Translations under genes and position numbers: made by a program
Shown here: positions 20,106 to 29,628 of the stretch, piece after piece
How positions within the stretch are numbered: the stretch's first letter is position 1
Layout of the letters: every line of letters begins with the position of its first letter
Assembly: GCA_018664825.1 (NCBI GenBank)
Contig: JABJNO010000017.1
Location: forward strand, 163,011-227,010
Source: Candidatus Parcubacteria bacterium
Lineage (GTDB): Bacteria > Patescibacteriota > Patescibacteriia > UBA1558 > GWA2-36-10
Direction: 5' to 3'
Length of the DNA: 64,000 bases
Notes under the pieces: model-generated
Databases searched by the model: none
What the model was told of the DNA's origin: nothing
The model's input: the letters and a program-made list of their open reading frames with translations, nothing else

Positions 20106-20352
20106 CCCTTCGGCTACGCTCAGGACATTCTCCTCGTCTTGGTATATCAAGAATGGTTGGCGCTCCGAACGAAAGTGAGGAGCAAAAACCATGAGCGAGG
20201 AGCTATTTAGCGACGAGTCGAATGGTGGGCCCGGAGGGATTCGAACCCCCGAAGGCGAAAGCCAGCAGGTTTACAGCCTGCCCCGTTTGACCGCTTCGGT
20301 ACAGACCCACATATAAAAACTATTTGGTCTGACCCTGAGCAACGCCGAAGGG
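20106..20352. repeat. REP-like inverted repeats bracketing tRNA-Tyr
   Basis: cccttcggctacgctcagg (20106-20124) versus cctgagcaacgccgaaggg (20334-20352); a further variant at 20189-20225. Confidence 0.65.
20223..20308 (-). tRNA. tRNA-Tyr (GTA)
   Basis: gggtctgtaccgaagcggtcaaacggggcaggctGTAaacctgct, long variable arm, ttcgaatccctccgggcccacca. Confidence 0.95.
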
Positions 20353-20424
20353 TACAGACCCACATAAAAACTCAACAGCTGACACAAGTCATGAGCCAAC
20401 TGTTTATATATTCTATATTAACTG

Positions 20425-21309
20425 TTATAAATTATCAATGCGCTCTTGAAGTTCAGAAATTTTTTGATTCTCAGGATTTACTTCTCGTAGTTTATCCAAG
20501 TATTGTTTTCCGAGCTCATAATCTGCCATTATTATACTGATATCTATCAGAAAGTCAAGAACCTTGGGGTTGTTCGGGGAAAGTAATAGTGCTCTTTGGG
20601 CAACTTCTAAAGCCTTTTCTTGCTCTTCTAAATCAAGATAAACCTCTGCTAAATTTAAAAAATAAAAATAATTATCATCAGATAAAGAAATTGATTTGAG
20701 ATAATCTTCTTCTGCCTGTTTGAGGTTTCCTCGCTCTTTGGCAATATTTCCCAGAGATGAATATACAGCTGCATCATCATCATGAGTGAGCTTCAAAAGA
20801 TATTGCAAAGTTTCCTTGGCTTGTACGTACTCTTTGCGACAACGATAGACCTCGGCCAAAAGCATATAAGCTTCGGCATTGTGTTGATCAATATTTAAAA
20901 TATCCAGCAAAGTCTCCTCTGCTTTTTCATATTCTTCACTATTTATATATTGCTTAGAGTCAACCAACAACACATCGACAGTTTGTAGCTTGTCCACTGA
21001 AGAAGTCAATTGTTTGTGTCCTCTGCGACGCAGATCTTTTTCGATTGTTTTTAGCTTTTGATAATACTGCCTAAAAACATTATTAAATTTATCCTGAACT
21101 GGCTCAGACAAATCCTTTGCCCTCAACCACAAATCATACCAACTTCTTTGTAGGCGCCCTTTGAGAATGGCATCTTTTTGCTTGCGTACCCTTGTCTCTG
21201 GCAAACTATCCACATTGATGTTGGTCAAATTTGGGACTTTTTGTACCACTTTAAAAACAATGAATACCAAGGCCAAAACTCCAAAAATTATCAATATAAT
21301 ATCAATCAT
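20425..21309 (-). CDS. Membrane-anchored TPR protein
   Basis: N-terminal TM; TPR repeats (AYMLLAEVY, VYSSLGNI, YFLNLAEVY). Confidence 0.85.
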   Translation of the reverse strand: MIDIILIIFGVLALVFIVFKVVQKVPNLTNINVDSLPETRVRKQKDAILKGRLQRSWYDLWLRAKDLSEPVQDKFNNVFRQYYQKLKTIEKDLRRRGHKQLTSSVDKLQTVDVLLVDSKQYINSEEYEKAEETLLDILNIDQHNAEAYMLLAEVYRCRKEYVQAKETLQYLLKLTHDDDAAVYSSLGNIAKERGNLKQAEEDYLKSISLSDDNYFYFLNLAEVYLDLEEQEKALEVAQRALLLSPNNPKVLDFLIDISIIMADYELGKQYLDKLREVNPENQKISELQERIDNL

Positions 21310-21311
21310 AT

Positions 21312-22181
21312 TTATGCTTTATTGCTGCTCCCAAAGATACGAATCATCTTTTCTACTTCACGCTGCATAGCATCTGTAGATGGAGCCAAAATCTTTCGCG
21401 GGTCTATAATATCGCTTTTTTTCTTCATGCTGTCAAGTAAAGCTTTTCTAAAAGCTAATCGTAAATTTGTATCTATATTTATGACGCTGACGCCATTTTT
21501 TATAGCTTTTTTAAAAGTCCCAGTAGATAACCCACTTCCCCCGTGCAAAACCAAGGGTAAACTCACTAAACTTCGGATTTTTTTCAATCGAGGGTGATCT
21601 ACTCTTTCTATACCTTTGAAATGCCCATGAATAGTACCCACAGAAATAGCCAAAGTATCAATACCGGTTTTTTTGACAAAGTCCGCAGCCTGATAGGGAT
21701 CAGTCATCATGTCTTTCATATTTATTTCACCTGTCGCCAACTTGACCATACCTTCTTTACCCAAAATACTCCCCAGCTCTGCTTGTACCCAGATTCTTTT
21801 TTTATGAGCTACTTCTACAGTTTTTTTACTAAGACGTACATTTGTGGCATAATCTTTTTCTGAAGCATCCATATGAACAGAACTATAACCAATATCGATA
21901 CAACTTTTGACGATTTTGTAATCATGTCCGTGATCAAGATGGATAGCAATCGGTACAGATTTTCCGATAGTGTTGGCTATATTTGTCATAATATCAAAAA
22001 TAGTCGGCAGGCTTGAATATTTGATAGCACTCTCAGAGGTCTGGATGATAACAGGAGCCCCTTGCTTTACGGCTGCTCTGATAATCGCCATACTAATCTC
22101 TAAATTTGAAGTATTAAAAGCTCCAACGGCATACTTGCCTTTTTGGGCTTTGGTTATGATTTGTTTGATTGGGACTATCAT
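21312..22181 (-). CDS. fba: Fructose-bisphosphate aldolase class II
   Basis: AVGAFN, IHLDHG, GTIHG, LVLHGGSG. Confidence 0.95.
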   Translation of the reverse strand: MIVPIKQIITKAQKGKYAVGAFNTSNLEISMAIIRAAVKQGAPVIIQTSESAIKYSSLPTIFDIMTNIANTIGKSVPIAIHLDHGHDYKIVKSCIDIGYSSVHMDASEKDYATNVRLSKKTVEVAHKKRIWVQAELGSILGKEGMVKLATGEINMKDMMTDPYQAADFVKKTGIDTLAISVGTIHGHFKGIERVDHPRLKKIRSLVSLPLVLHGGSGLSTGTFKKAIKNGVSVINIDTNLRLAFRKALLDSMKKKSDIIDPRKILAPSTDAMQREVEKMIRIFGSSNKA

Positions 22182-22182
22182 A

Positions 22183-22932
22183 TTATGAATTTTTAATTAA
22201 TTTTACAAAAGTTTTTGCCTCTAAACTAGCTCCACCAACCAAGGCTCCCTTGAAACCATCTTTTCCTACAAAATCAGTCACCGTATCAGGACCCACGCTA
22301 CCACCATATATAATATCAAAGTTTTTGAGCTTGGCAGGTACTGCCTCGCGAATAGTATAAAGCTCTTTTTTGGCTTCAGCTGGAGTGATGATTTGGCCAC
22401 TACCACTAGTACTGATAGCCCAGACAGGCTCATAGGCAACTATAAAATATTTGTTTGGCACATCTTCCAGGGCTTTTTGAATTTGATGGATAAGTACATC
22501 ACTAGTTTTACCACCTTGTCGCTCGGCCATTTTTTCTCCAATACAAATAATCGGTATTATATTATTTTCTATCAATGCTTTTACTTTTTTGTTGACGCTA
22601 TCATCGGTCTCTCCCATAGCCCGTCTTTCTGAATGACCAACTATCGTATACTTACAACCAATCTTTTTTAGATTGTCCGGAGATATTTCTCCAGTAAAAG
22701 CTCCCGCGTCTTCATAAAATACATCTTGGGCACCAAAATCTATTTGACTACCAGATAATACTTTTGAAATATCATACAAAGCCAAAAAACTTGGACACAG
22801 AATGACTTTTTTATTTGCGTCTAACTTTGCCTTATCCAAAAGCATATGAATCTCCTTGGCTATGTCGATAGACTGTCCAGGGTCTAGATTCATTTTCCAG
22901 TTAGCAATTATTATTTTATCAAAATTATTCAT
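22183..22932 (-). CDS. tpiA: Triosephosphate isomerase
   Basis: ANWKMN, GHSERR, AYEPVWAI, YGGSV, LVGGASL. Confidence 0.97.
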   Translation of the reverse strand: MNNFDKIIIANWKMNLDPGQSIDIAKEIHMLLDKAKLDANKKVILCPSFLALYDISKVLSGSQIDFGAQDVFYEDAGAFTGEISPDNLKKIGCKYTIVGHSERRAMGETDDSVNKKVKALIENNIIPIICIGEKMAERQGGKTSDVLIHQIQKALEDVPNKYFIVAYEPVWAISTSGSGQIITPAEAKKELYTIREAVPAKLKNFDIIYGGSVGPDTVTDFVGKDGFKGALVGGASLEAKTFVKLIKNS

Positions 22933-23420
22933 AATACTGATTTAAAAAATCCAAAAATTCCTAAAGATATCAATGTGACCAGTACTCCAGCCAACATCGC
23001 TCCCAAAATAATATATATCAACGAATCTTTTTTCTTGATCCCAAACAACCAAGCTGCAACCGAACCAGTCCAAACTCCTGTAAATGGCAATGGTATAGCT
23101 ACAAAAAACAATAACGCCAAGTTACCCCAAACTTTGTACTTAGCATCAAACCTTGATCTTGTATGAGCAAACAGCCAAACAAAAAATTTGTCAGCTATCC
23201 TCCATTTGCGCAAAAATCTGGATATCGGACCAATAAAATAAATAATCAAGACTCCAGGAATAATATCTCCCACTACTGACAATACATAAGCCTGCCAGAT
23301 AGGTAAATCAAAAGTCTCCAAAGCCACTGGTATAGAAACCCTCAGCTCAGTGATCGGCAACATAGCTAACAAAAAAGTAGCCAATTGCGGAGATAAATTA
23401 TTTATCCATTCAATGTCCAT
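22929..23420 (-). CDS. Small multidrug export family protein (COG2426)
   Basis: LPITELRVSIP, FVAIPLPFTGVWTG. Confidence 0.88.
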   Translation of the reverse strand: MDIEWINNLSPQLATFLLAMLPITELRVSIPVALETFDLPIWQAYVLSVVGDIIPGVLIIYFIGPISRFLRKWRIADKFFVWLFAHTRSRFDAKYKVWGNLALLFFVAIPLPFTGVWTGSVAAWLFGIKKKDSLIYIILGAMLAGVLVTLISLGIFGFFKSVL

Positions 23421-23447
23421 TTATATTATTATAAAACAAATAGTACT

Positions 23448-24374
23448 TTAAGACCAGTCAAAATTTTCTAGTATCCAACCTGTCAAAATTTTGAGATCCT
23501 GAAAACGATCTGGATTTGTTTCTGAACCCAAAACCACTGTAATAACATTTGCTTGTTCGCCCTTTACTTCGGCAACTATACAATAGCCCGAAGCATTTAT
23601 AAATCCTGTTTTACCTGCTTCGATATCTAGATAACTACTAAGTAATTGATTGGTAGAAAAAATCCGATGACTTTCTCCACTCAAAGATGTAAAATTGTAT
23701 TCGGCCAGACCTGCCACTGCATTGATATCCTCGTGTTCAAAGGCGTATTTGGCAAGTTGCAATATCTCTATAGCAGTTGACTTGTTGTCATCACTCAGGC
23801 CAGTTGGTCCAACAAAATGTGTATTTTCAAGTCCCAAACTTTTGGCTTTTTTATTCATCTCTTTTACAAATTCATCTCGTGTCAGCCCTGTACTACGTAC
23901 CAAAGCCAAGGTTGCATTGTTGTCAGAGGCAATCAAAGAGGTATGAAACAAATCTTTGACCCTGACCGTTTCACCGCGCTTGATATCTGGTGTACCGCCA
24001 TTTGCTTCGTCTCTCGGTTCCAAAACAATAGAATCATTCCAGTCTGGTTTATTTTCCAAAAATATTATAGCCGTCATCAATTTTGTGATACTAGCTATAG
24101 AGCGTATTTGGTCAGCATTTTTCTTCCACAAAACAATGCCAGAATCTTTATCAATCACAGCAGCTGATTGGGCAGTAATCTTTACTCCCAATGAACCATT
24201 GTCTAGTTTGTGTGGTAAGGCAGTCCTGTTTTGATTTGATACCTGATGATCATTCAAAATCGCTTGTTTATTTTGACCATCCTCAACAAAATCAATTGTT
24301 GGCAAATGATAAACAGGGCTTGAAGTCAAGCCAAGTGCTATTACAACTGTAGAAATTATACTCCACAAACTCAT
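23448..24374 (-). CDS. D-alanyl-D-alanine carboxypeptidase/endopeptidase (peptidase S11)
   Basis: SIASITKLMT, SDN, KTG motifs. Confidence 0.92.
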   Translation of the reverse strand: MSLWSIISTVVIALGLTSSPVYHLPTIDFVEDGQNKQAILNDHQVSNQNRTALPHKLDNGSLGVKITAQSAAVIDKDSGIVLWKKNADQIRSIASITKLMTAIIFLENKPDWNDSIVLEPRDEANGGTPDIKRGETVRVKDLFHTSLIASDNNATLALVRSTGLTRDEFVKEMNKKAKSLGLENTHFVGPTGLSDDNKSTAIEILQLAKYAFEHEDINAVAGLAEYNFTSLSGESHRIFSTNQLLSSYLDIEAGKTGFINASGYCIVAEVKGEQANVITVVLGSETNPDRFQDLKILTGWILENFDWS

Positions 24375-25063
24375 ATAATGTCTTTTTTATCCAATTTTTT
24401 ATATTTACCAACTGGTAGATCACCCAAAACCAGTTTTCCTTCTTTTATTCTCTGCAATTCCATCACACCATAACCAAATTCTCCAAGCATCCTTCTAATC
24501 TGCCTATTCCAACCCTGGTGAACCACAATTTCCATCTTTCTTTTCTCTTTTATGACCACATGATCTGCCTTGGCTATACCTTCTGTCAGTTGGACTCCTT
24601 TTTTTAATTGAGCCACATCTTTTTTGTCTATATCTTTGTTGATGGTTACCAAATATGTTTTTTTGACTTCAAACTTTGGATGAGTGACCTTATAAGTCAA
24701 ATCACCATCATTACTAAGCAACAATAATCCACTTGAGTCTTTGTCTAACCTGCCCACTGGAAACACTCTAGGATGTCGGGGTACAAACTTCAAAACTGTT
24801 TCTTTGTAGTGTGGATCACTGACCGAACTCAAGGTGCCTACTGGCTTGTGTAATAAATAATAAACTTTATGTTCAATGGTTATTTTTTTACCATTTACAA
24901 AAATATCATCTGCATCAGGTGACACTTTGGTGGCCAAGTTTTTTACAACTTCAGTCCCAATTTTTACTTTTCCAGCCGAGATTATATCTTCTGCCTTACG
25001 ACGAGAAGCTACACCTGCTTCAGCCAAAAATTTGGCTATTCTTATTTTATTATTTACTTCCAT
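24371..25063 (-). CDS. rluB: RsuA/RluB-family pseudouridine synthase
   Basis: S4 domain SRRKAE, GRLDKDSSG, RQIRRM; adjacent to scpAB. Confidence 0.85.
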   Translation of the reverse strand: MEVNNKIRIAKFLAEAGVASRRKAEDIISAGKVKIGTEVVKNLATKVSPDADDIFVNGKKITIEHKVYYLLHKPVGTLSSVSDPHYKETVLKFVPRHPRVFPVGRLDKDSSGLLLLSNDGDLTYKVTHPKFEVKKTYLVTINKDIDKKDVAQLKKGVQLTEGIAKADHVVIKEKRKMEIVVHQGWNRQIRRMLGEFGYGVMELQRIKEGKLVLGDLPVGKYKKLDKKDII

Positions 25064-25577
25064 CCAATATTTCTTTTGCTTTTTTCAAAAAAGTTAAATC
25101 TCTTTCCCTCATAAAATGACCATTATAAGTAGTGGCTTTTACATTTTCGGCTTTGACAATTGCTTCATCAAAGTTTATCCACTCCAAACTATAGCCATAG
25201 CTCTTCTCCGTATCATCGTATTGAGGTTCACCCTTTTCTCCAACAAGTTTTGCCAAATAACAATCAGACTCCAGTTGTTTTTTCGTTTGCTCCGGAAGCT
25301 CTACTATTTTACCAAGCTCAGCTATCACTTCTGCCTGACAACCCGCCTCTTCCAATACTTCTCTGTTTAGAGCTTCTTCTAGACTTTCTCCTGATTCTAT
25401 TCCGCCACCTGGTATTTTGTAATGATTATTGTGTTTATCAAAAATAAGTGGCGTCTGATCATTTTCATCCAAAATAACAGCTCTAACTGTTTGTGTTTTG
25501 GTATTAAATTTTACTTCTTCGCCTGCCTTATAATTTGGTACTACATCTTTGTCTCTTATAGTTTTCAATAATTCCAT
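25050..25577 (-). CDS. NUDIX hydrolase
   Basis: GGGIESGESLEEALNREVLEEAG. Confidence 0.9.
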   Translation of the reverse strand: MELLKTIRDKDVVPNYKAGEEVKFNTKTQTVRAVILDENDQTPLIFDKHNNHYKIPGGGIESGESLEEALNREVLEEAGCQAEVIAELGKIVELPEQTKKQLESDCYLAKLVGEKGEPQYDDTEKSYGYSLEWINFDEAIVKAENVKATTYNGHFMRERDLTFLKKAKEILDGSK

Positions 25578-25578
25578 T

Positions 25579-26160
25579 TTATTTTTCTTCTTTCTCAAGC
25601 CGCTTCTCTTCTTGAGCTTCAGCTGTGTTATCCAAAAGTTTATTTAAATTGTCATCACTATTTAATTTTTCAAAATCTGGCAACTCTGTCACAGAATCTA
25701 TTCCCAGATGACGTAAAAAATCCATAGTAATAGAATAAGTAGTAGCTAGACTATCTTTGTCATCACGAGTTTCTACAAAACCACGAATCAACAAATTTCT
25801 CAAAATCAAACTACAATTGACACCACGAATCTGCTCAAGCTCTTCTTTGGATATTGGTTGACGATAAGCTATGATAGTCAAGGTTTCCAAAGATGGCTTA
25901 GTAAGCTCGCTAGTCAACTCTTCTTTGTAGTATTCTTGCAAAATTTTGGCATTGTCGGGATTGCTAATCAATCGAATCTTATTGTTGTTTATAGCTATAT
26001 GAACACCACTTTCTAAAGTGTTTAATTTTTCTTGGAGCTCAGCTACCAAAGATTTTATTTTGTCTTCATCAACAGACAAAAAACTAGCCAATTCTTTGGT
26101 GGTCAACGGTTTACCCGCTACCAACAACAAGCTCTCTAAAGCTGAAGATTTATTACTCAT
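25579..26160 (-). CDS. scpB: SMC-ScpAB subunit ScpB
   Basis: LETLTIIAYRQPISK, IRGVN, ELPD. Confidence 0.95.
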   Translation of the reverse strand: MSNKSSALESLLLVAGKPLTTKELASFLSVDEDKIKSLVAELQEKLNTLESGVHIAINNNKIRLISNPDNAKILQEYYKEELTSELTKPSLETLTIIAYRQPISKEELEQIRGVNCSLILRNLLIRGFVETRDDKDSLATTYSITMDFLRHLGIDSVTELPDFEKLNSDDNLNKLLDNTAEAQEEKRLEKEEK

Positions 26161-26161
26161 A

Positions 26162-26866
26162 CTATTCACCATTTTTATTAATATTTAGATCACCAAACAT
26201 ATCGTCCTGATGGACCATGATTTCTTTTTGTTTGACTAGCTCCAACATTGCCAAAAAACTGACAATCACTTCCATTTTATTATTTTTAGCTCTCAACAAT
26301 TCGTTGAAACTAAATTTATTTTTATTACGAATCAAATCTTTTATGTTTTTTATTCTCTCTCCAATAGACACTGCTCGAGCGATCACAGCTTTTGGCAAAT
26401 TAACCACTCTTTGAATACGAGCCAAAACTCCACCAAACATTTCTTGTAAAAGTCCTGTGTCTACATTTTTGGGCTCAATAAATCCTTTTTGCAAAATATT
26501 TTTGTAGCTCGCCACCGGGCTATGAGATCTTTTCTTTTTATCAGAAAATATTTTTTGGATATGTTTACTAGCCTCATAATACTGACGATAGATTTTGAGC
26601 TGATGTTCTAGATCTACCACTTCTTCATCATCAGTAGCTAGCTCTGGCAAAAGAAACTTTGATTTGATATAAATCAATTTTGAAGCGATTAATAAAAAAT
26701 CAGCCACCTCTTCGGAAGCTAAATTTTCATTGTTCTCAATATAGTCCAAGTATTGATCAGTAATTTTGGCCAGAGAAATTTCTGTAATCTGTAGTTTGTT
26801 TTTCTCTATCAACTGCAAAAGGAGATCAAGCGGACCTTCAAATTGTTCTACCTGAATTTTGTGCAT
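26162..26866 (-). CDS. scpA: SMC-ScpAB subunit ScpA
   Basis: FEGPLDLLL, FLAMLELVK, FGDL. Confidence 0.95.
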   Translation of the reverse strand: MHKIQVEQFEGPLDLLLQLIEKNKLQITEISLAKITDQYLDYIENNENLASEEVADFLLIASKLIYIKSKFLLPELATDDEEVVDLEHQLKIYRQYYEASKHIQKIFSDKKKRSHSPVASYKNILQKGFIEPKNVDTGLLQEMFGGVLARIQRVVNLPKAVIARAVSIGERIKNIKDLIRNKNKFSFNELLRAKNNKMEVIVSFLAMLELVKQKEIMVHQDDMFGDLNINKNGE

Positions 26867-26932
26867 TATTTATAAAAAAATAACACCTATATTATAGCAT
26901 TTTTATAGTATTATTTCCAGATTTTTGGGAAT

Positions 26933-27093
26933 AAAAAAAAGGGGACCGCCGTAGCTGGGTGCTGGCGGTCCCCGTTGGACTGTCGCTTGATAGCGGAGGG
27001 CGTTGGCAGGAGGCTACCAGCGACAGTGGATGTTTGCTATTAGATAACTTATCTAATTATGCTTTATTATATGGTACGTTTCTCAATTGATTT
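26933..27093 (-). ncRNA. Candidate sRNA D (~160 nt) with CCUCC-containing hairpin
   Basis: Promoter TTGACA-17-TATACT at 27125-27097; stem actgtcgct/agcgacagt; terminator ggggaccgcc...ggcggtcccc plus U-run; no ORF. Confidence 0.55.
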
Positions 27094-27144
27094 AGCAGTA
27101 TACACTATATTTGATATTTTGTCAACCCCCTATACGAAAACAAT

Positions 27145-27515
27145 AAAAAATGGGCCCAAGCGATTACCTGGGCCCTGCAAGTCCCTCCCACCGGGATGAC
27201 TTACTGACTAAAACAAAAACGTTGGTCAGCTGAGCTGAAAACATCTATTGCTTTCATACCTCGTGGCGTGATCCTACTAAAATGGTTCGGATCAACAGAT
27301 CTCTTAATTTTTTTACCCTTCAAGGTCATTTTATGCATCTAGCATATTGACAGGCACTTCAAAGAGAGCTGAGTTTAGTATTTCACCCTAAACCAAGGAT
27401 AGTTGTTGTTTGATGCGTTGAAAACACCAACAGTTTTGCCATGCCGACACTTGCATGCTTCTGGGCGTAAAAACGCACCGCCTTCTGCACACAAGCTTCC
27501 TGTTTCAGCACTGGC
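27145..27515 (-). ncRNA. Candidate structured ncRNA C (~370 nt), paralog of B
   Basis: Promoter TTTACA...TATA at ~27544-27517; conserved core 27367-27491; terminator gggcccagg...ttgggccc plus U-run. Confidence 0.7.
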
Positions 27516-27546
27516 TTTATATAACAATTTTATTATTTTGTAAAGT

Positions 27547-27927
27547 AAAAAAAGGAGGCCTAAACAATAAATGCTTAGGCCCCAGTGCCTTAGACTAAGC
27601 AGTAATAAGTCCAAAGCTTACTAGAAAAAGAACGATCAGCGGGGTGATAGTTAAAAAACTATCTTCTCATAATAATCTATCTCTATTAAAGAGATAGTAC
27701 AGCTATAAAGTTAATTTCTGGTCTATTATACTTTTGTATAATTAGACAAACAAACGGCGGAAACTAACTAATTAGCTGAGTCCAGTATTTCACCCTGAAC
27801 CAAGGATAGTCGTTGTTTGGTGCGTTGTAAACACCGACGCTAGTAGATGATTGCTGAAATTGCTTGCTTCTGGGCGTAAAAACGCACCGCCTTCTGCACA
27901 GCAACTGTTCTTCATTATTCTAGCGTC
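27547..27927 (-). ncRNA. Candidate structured ncRNA B (~380 nt), paralog of C
   Basis: Consensus promoter TTGACA-17-TATAAT at 27959-27931; conserved core 27774-27900; terminator ggcctaagca...tgtttaggcc plus U-run. Confidence 0.7.
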
Positions 27928-27991
27928 AGTATTATAGCATAGTTATGCTATTTTGTCAATATATATACTCTCCCCTATTTTAGCAATAAAT

Positions 27992-28116
27992 AAAAAAGGG
28001 GCCCAGTAATACAACCGGGCCCCAGGACATCATTAGAGTCGGTTGGGGGTACAACTTAATTGCACGATTGTGGTGTGCAACCCTCTAATGATTATCCAAA
28101 CTAAAAGAACTTAACG
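27992..28116 (-). ncRNA. Candidate sRNA A (~125 nt)
   Basis: Promoter TTGACA-17-TATTAT at ~28148-28120; stem atcattagag/ctctaatgat; terminator gggcccgg...ctgggccc plus U-run. Confidence 0.55.
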
Positions 28117-28197
28117 TCTATAATACATATATTTTGGATATCTGTCAATAGCTAAAGCGGGTAAAATAAAAAGCCCCGGACTAGCCGAGGCTTTTCT

Positions 28198-29616
28198 TTA
28201 TTTCTTTTTTATTTCCAGTCCAAGTTCATCAAGTTGAGCTTTATCTACTGGTGATGGCGAATCCATCATTGGATCTCTGCCGTCAGAGGTCAAAGGAAAA
28301 GCGGTCACTTCTTTGAGATTTTTCTCTCCCAAAAGGACCATCATCAATCTATCAAGTCCTGGGGCAATACCGCCGTGTGGTGGTACTCCATATTTGAAAG
28401 CTTCAAAATAATGCTGAAACTGTTTTTTCTGTTCATCAGTAAAACCAATCAAATCCCAAACTTTTTCCTGAATCTTCATATCATGGATACGGACAGCTCC
28501 TCCGCCTACCTCAAAACCATTGAGAGCCAAATCATGTTGATATGCCTTGGCTTTACCTGGATCTGAATCCAACAAAGGAATATCCTCTTCTTTTGGCATA
28601 GTAAACATATTGTGACTTGGTCCCCGAGTGTCTCCAGCACCGTGAAATTTGTCTTCTTCGGTCTGCTTGGCAAACAACGGGAAATTGACTATCCAAGAAA
28701 ATGCCAATTCATTTGGATCATTTTTATCTTTACGTAAATCTGGTTTATCATTACCATATTTTTTCATGGCCTCATCATAATCTATTCGTGGCCATGGCTT
28801 GCTTGTGATTTTCTTTTCAGGGAACAAAGTCTCTACCATTTCAGTAAACATCTTTTCGGTCAGATCCAGAATCTCTTCTTGAGTCATAAAACTCATTTCC
28901 ATATCCAACTGATAAAATTCACCCGGACTTCGGTCTGCTCTAGCATCCTCATCTCGAAAACATGGAGCTACTTGAAAATATCTATCCATACCCGCTACCA
29001 TCAATAGCTGTTTGTACTGTTGAGGTGCTTGTGGTAAAGCAAAGAAATTTCCTGGATGAAGTCTAGAAGGTACCAGATAGTCCCTAGCTCCTTCTGGAGT
29101 AGACTTTGAAAGTATTGGAGTCTGGATTTCTACAAAATCATTTTTGTGTAGCCATTCTCTAAAAAACATTATTACATTGTCGCGAGCTACGATATTGTTT
29201 TTCATACGCTCATGACGAAGATCTAGATATCTATGTTTGAGACGAAGATCTTCTCCAGCCTGACGTTCTTCATTATCTATTTCAAATGGTGGGGTTTCAG
29301 CCTCTGATAATATCTCAATCTTTTTGGCCAATACTTCTACTGTACCTGTAGCCAAATCTTTGTTTATTTGTTTTTCTCCTCTTTTTTGAACTATCCCTTC
29401 TATAGATAGTACAAATTCTGGACGAATATTATTGAGTATTTTTTGAGAATCTTCATCGAGCTCAGCAGGAACTGCTACTACTTGGAGTATGCCCCAACGA
29501 TCACGGATATCAAGAAATGCAATTTTACCCATGTTTCGGCGGACATTTACCCAGCCTTTTATAAGGACTGTCTTGTCTGCTTGTCCTACCGTCTCTATTG
29601 TTTTTATTCTTTTCAT
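28198..29616 (-). CDS. aspS: Aspartate--tRNA ligase (bacterial type, GAD insert absent)
   Basis: RYLDLR, TPEGARDY, LPQAPQQYKQLLM, FRDED, PPHGGIAPGLDR; only 472 aa. Confidence 0.95.
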   Translation of the reverse strand: MKRIKTIETVGQADKTVLIKGWVNVRRNMGKIAFLDIRDRWGILQVVAVPAELDEDSQKILNNIRPEFVLSIEGIVQKRGEKQINKDLATGTVEVLAKKIEILSEAETPPFEIDNEERQAGEDLRLKHRYLDLRHERMKNNIVARDNVIMFFREWLHKNDFVEIQTPILSKSTPEGARDYLVPSRLHPGNFFALPQAPQQYKQLLMVAGMDRYFQVAPCFRDEDARADRSPGEFYQLDMEMSFMTQEEILDLTEKMFTEMVETLFPEKKITSKPWPRIDYDEAMKKYGNDKPDLRKDKNDPNELAFSWIVNFPLFAKQTEEDKFHGAGDTRGPSHNMFTMPKEEDIPLLDSDPGKAKAYQHDLALNGFEVGGGAVRIHDMKIQEKVWDLIGFTDEQKKQFQHYFEAFKYGVPPHGGIAPGLDRLMMVLLGEKNLKEVTAFPLTSDGRDPMMDSPSPVDKAQLDELGLEIKKK

Positions 29617-29628
29617 ATTTTTAAAATT

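Noticed and set aside
27375-27614. 79-aa ORF across the ncRNA repeats
   Set aside because: It crosses a terminator and a promoter, has no SD, and the frame is not preserved in the paralogous copy; substitutions fit RNA pairing instead.
27367-27900. Possible CRISPR array (36-bp identical repeat)
   Set aside because: Only two copies ~410 bp apart, embedded in longer homology; no spacer periodicity and no cas genes.
27547-27927. tmRNA, RNase P or group I/II intron identity for the ~370-nt RNAs
   Set aside because: No tRNA-like ends or tag ORF, no GAGGAAAGUCC, no domain V. A CAACGACUA R-like string occurs in only one copy, and there is no interrupted host gene.
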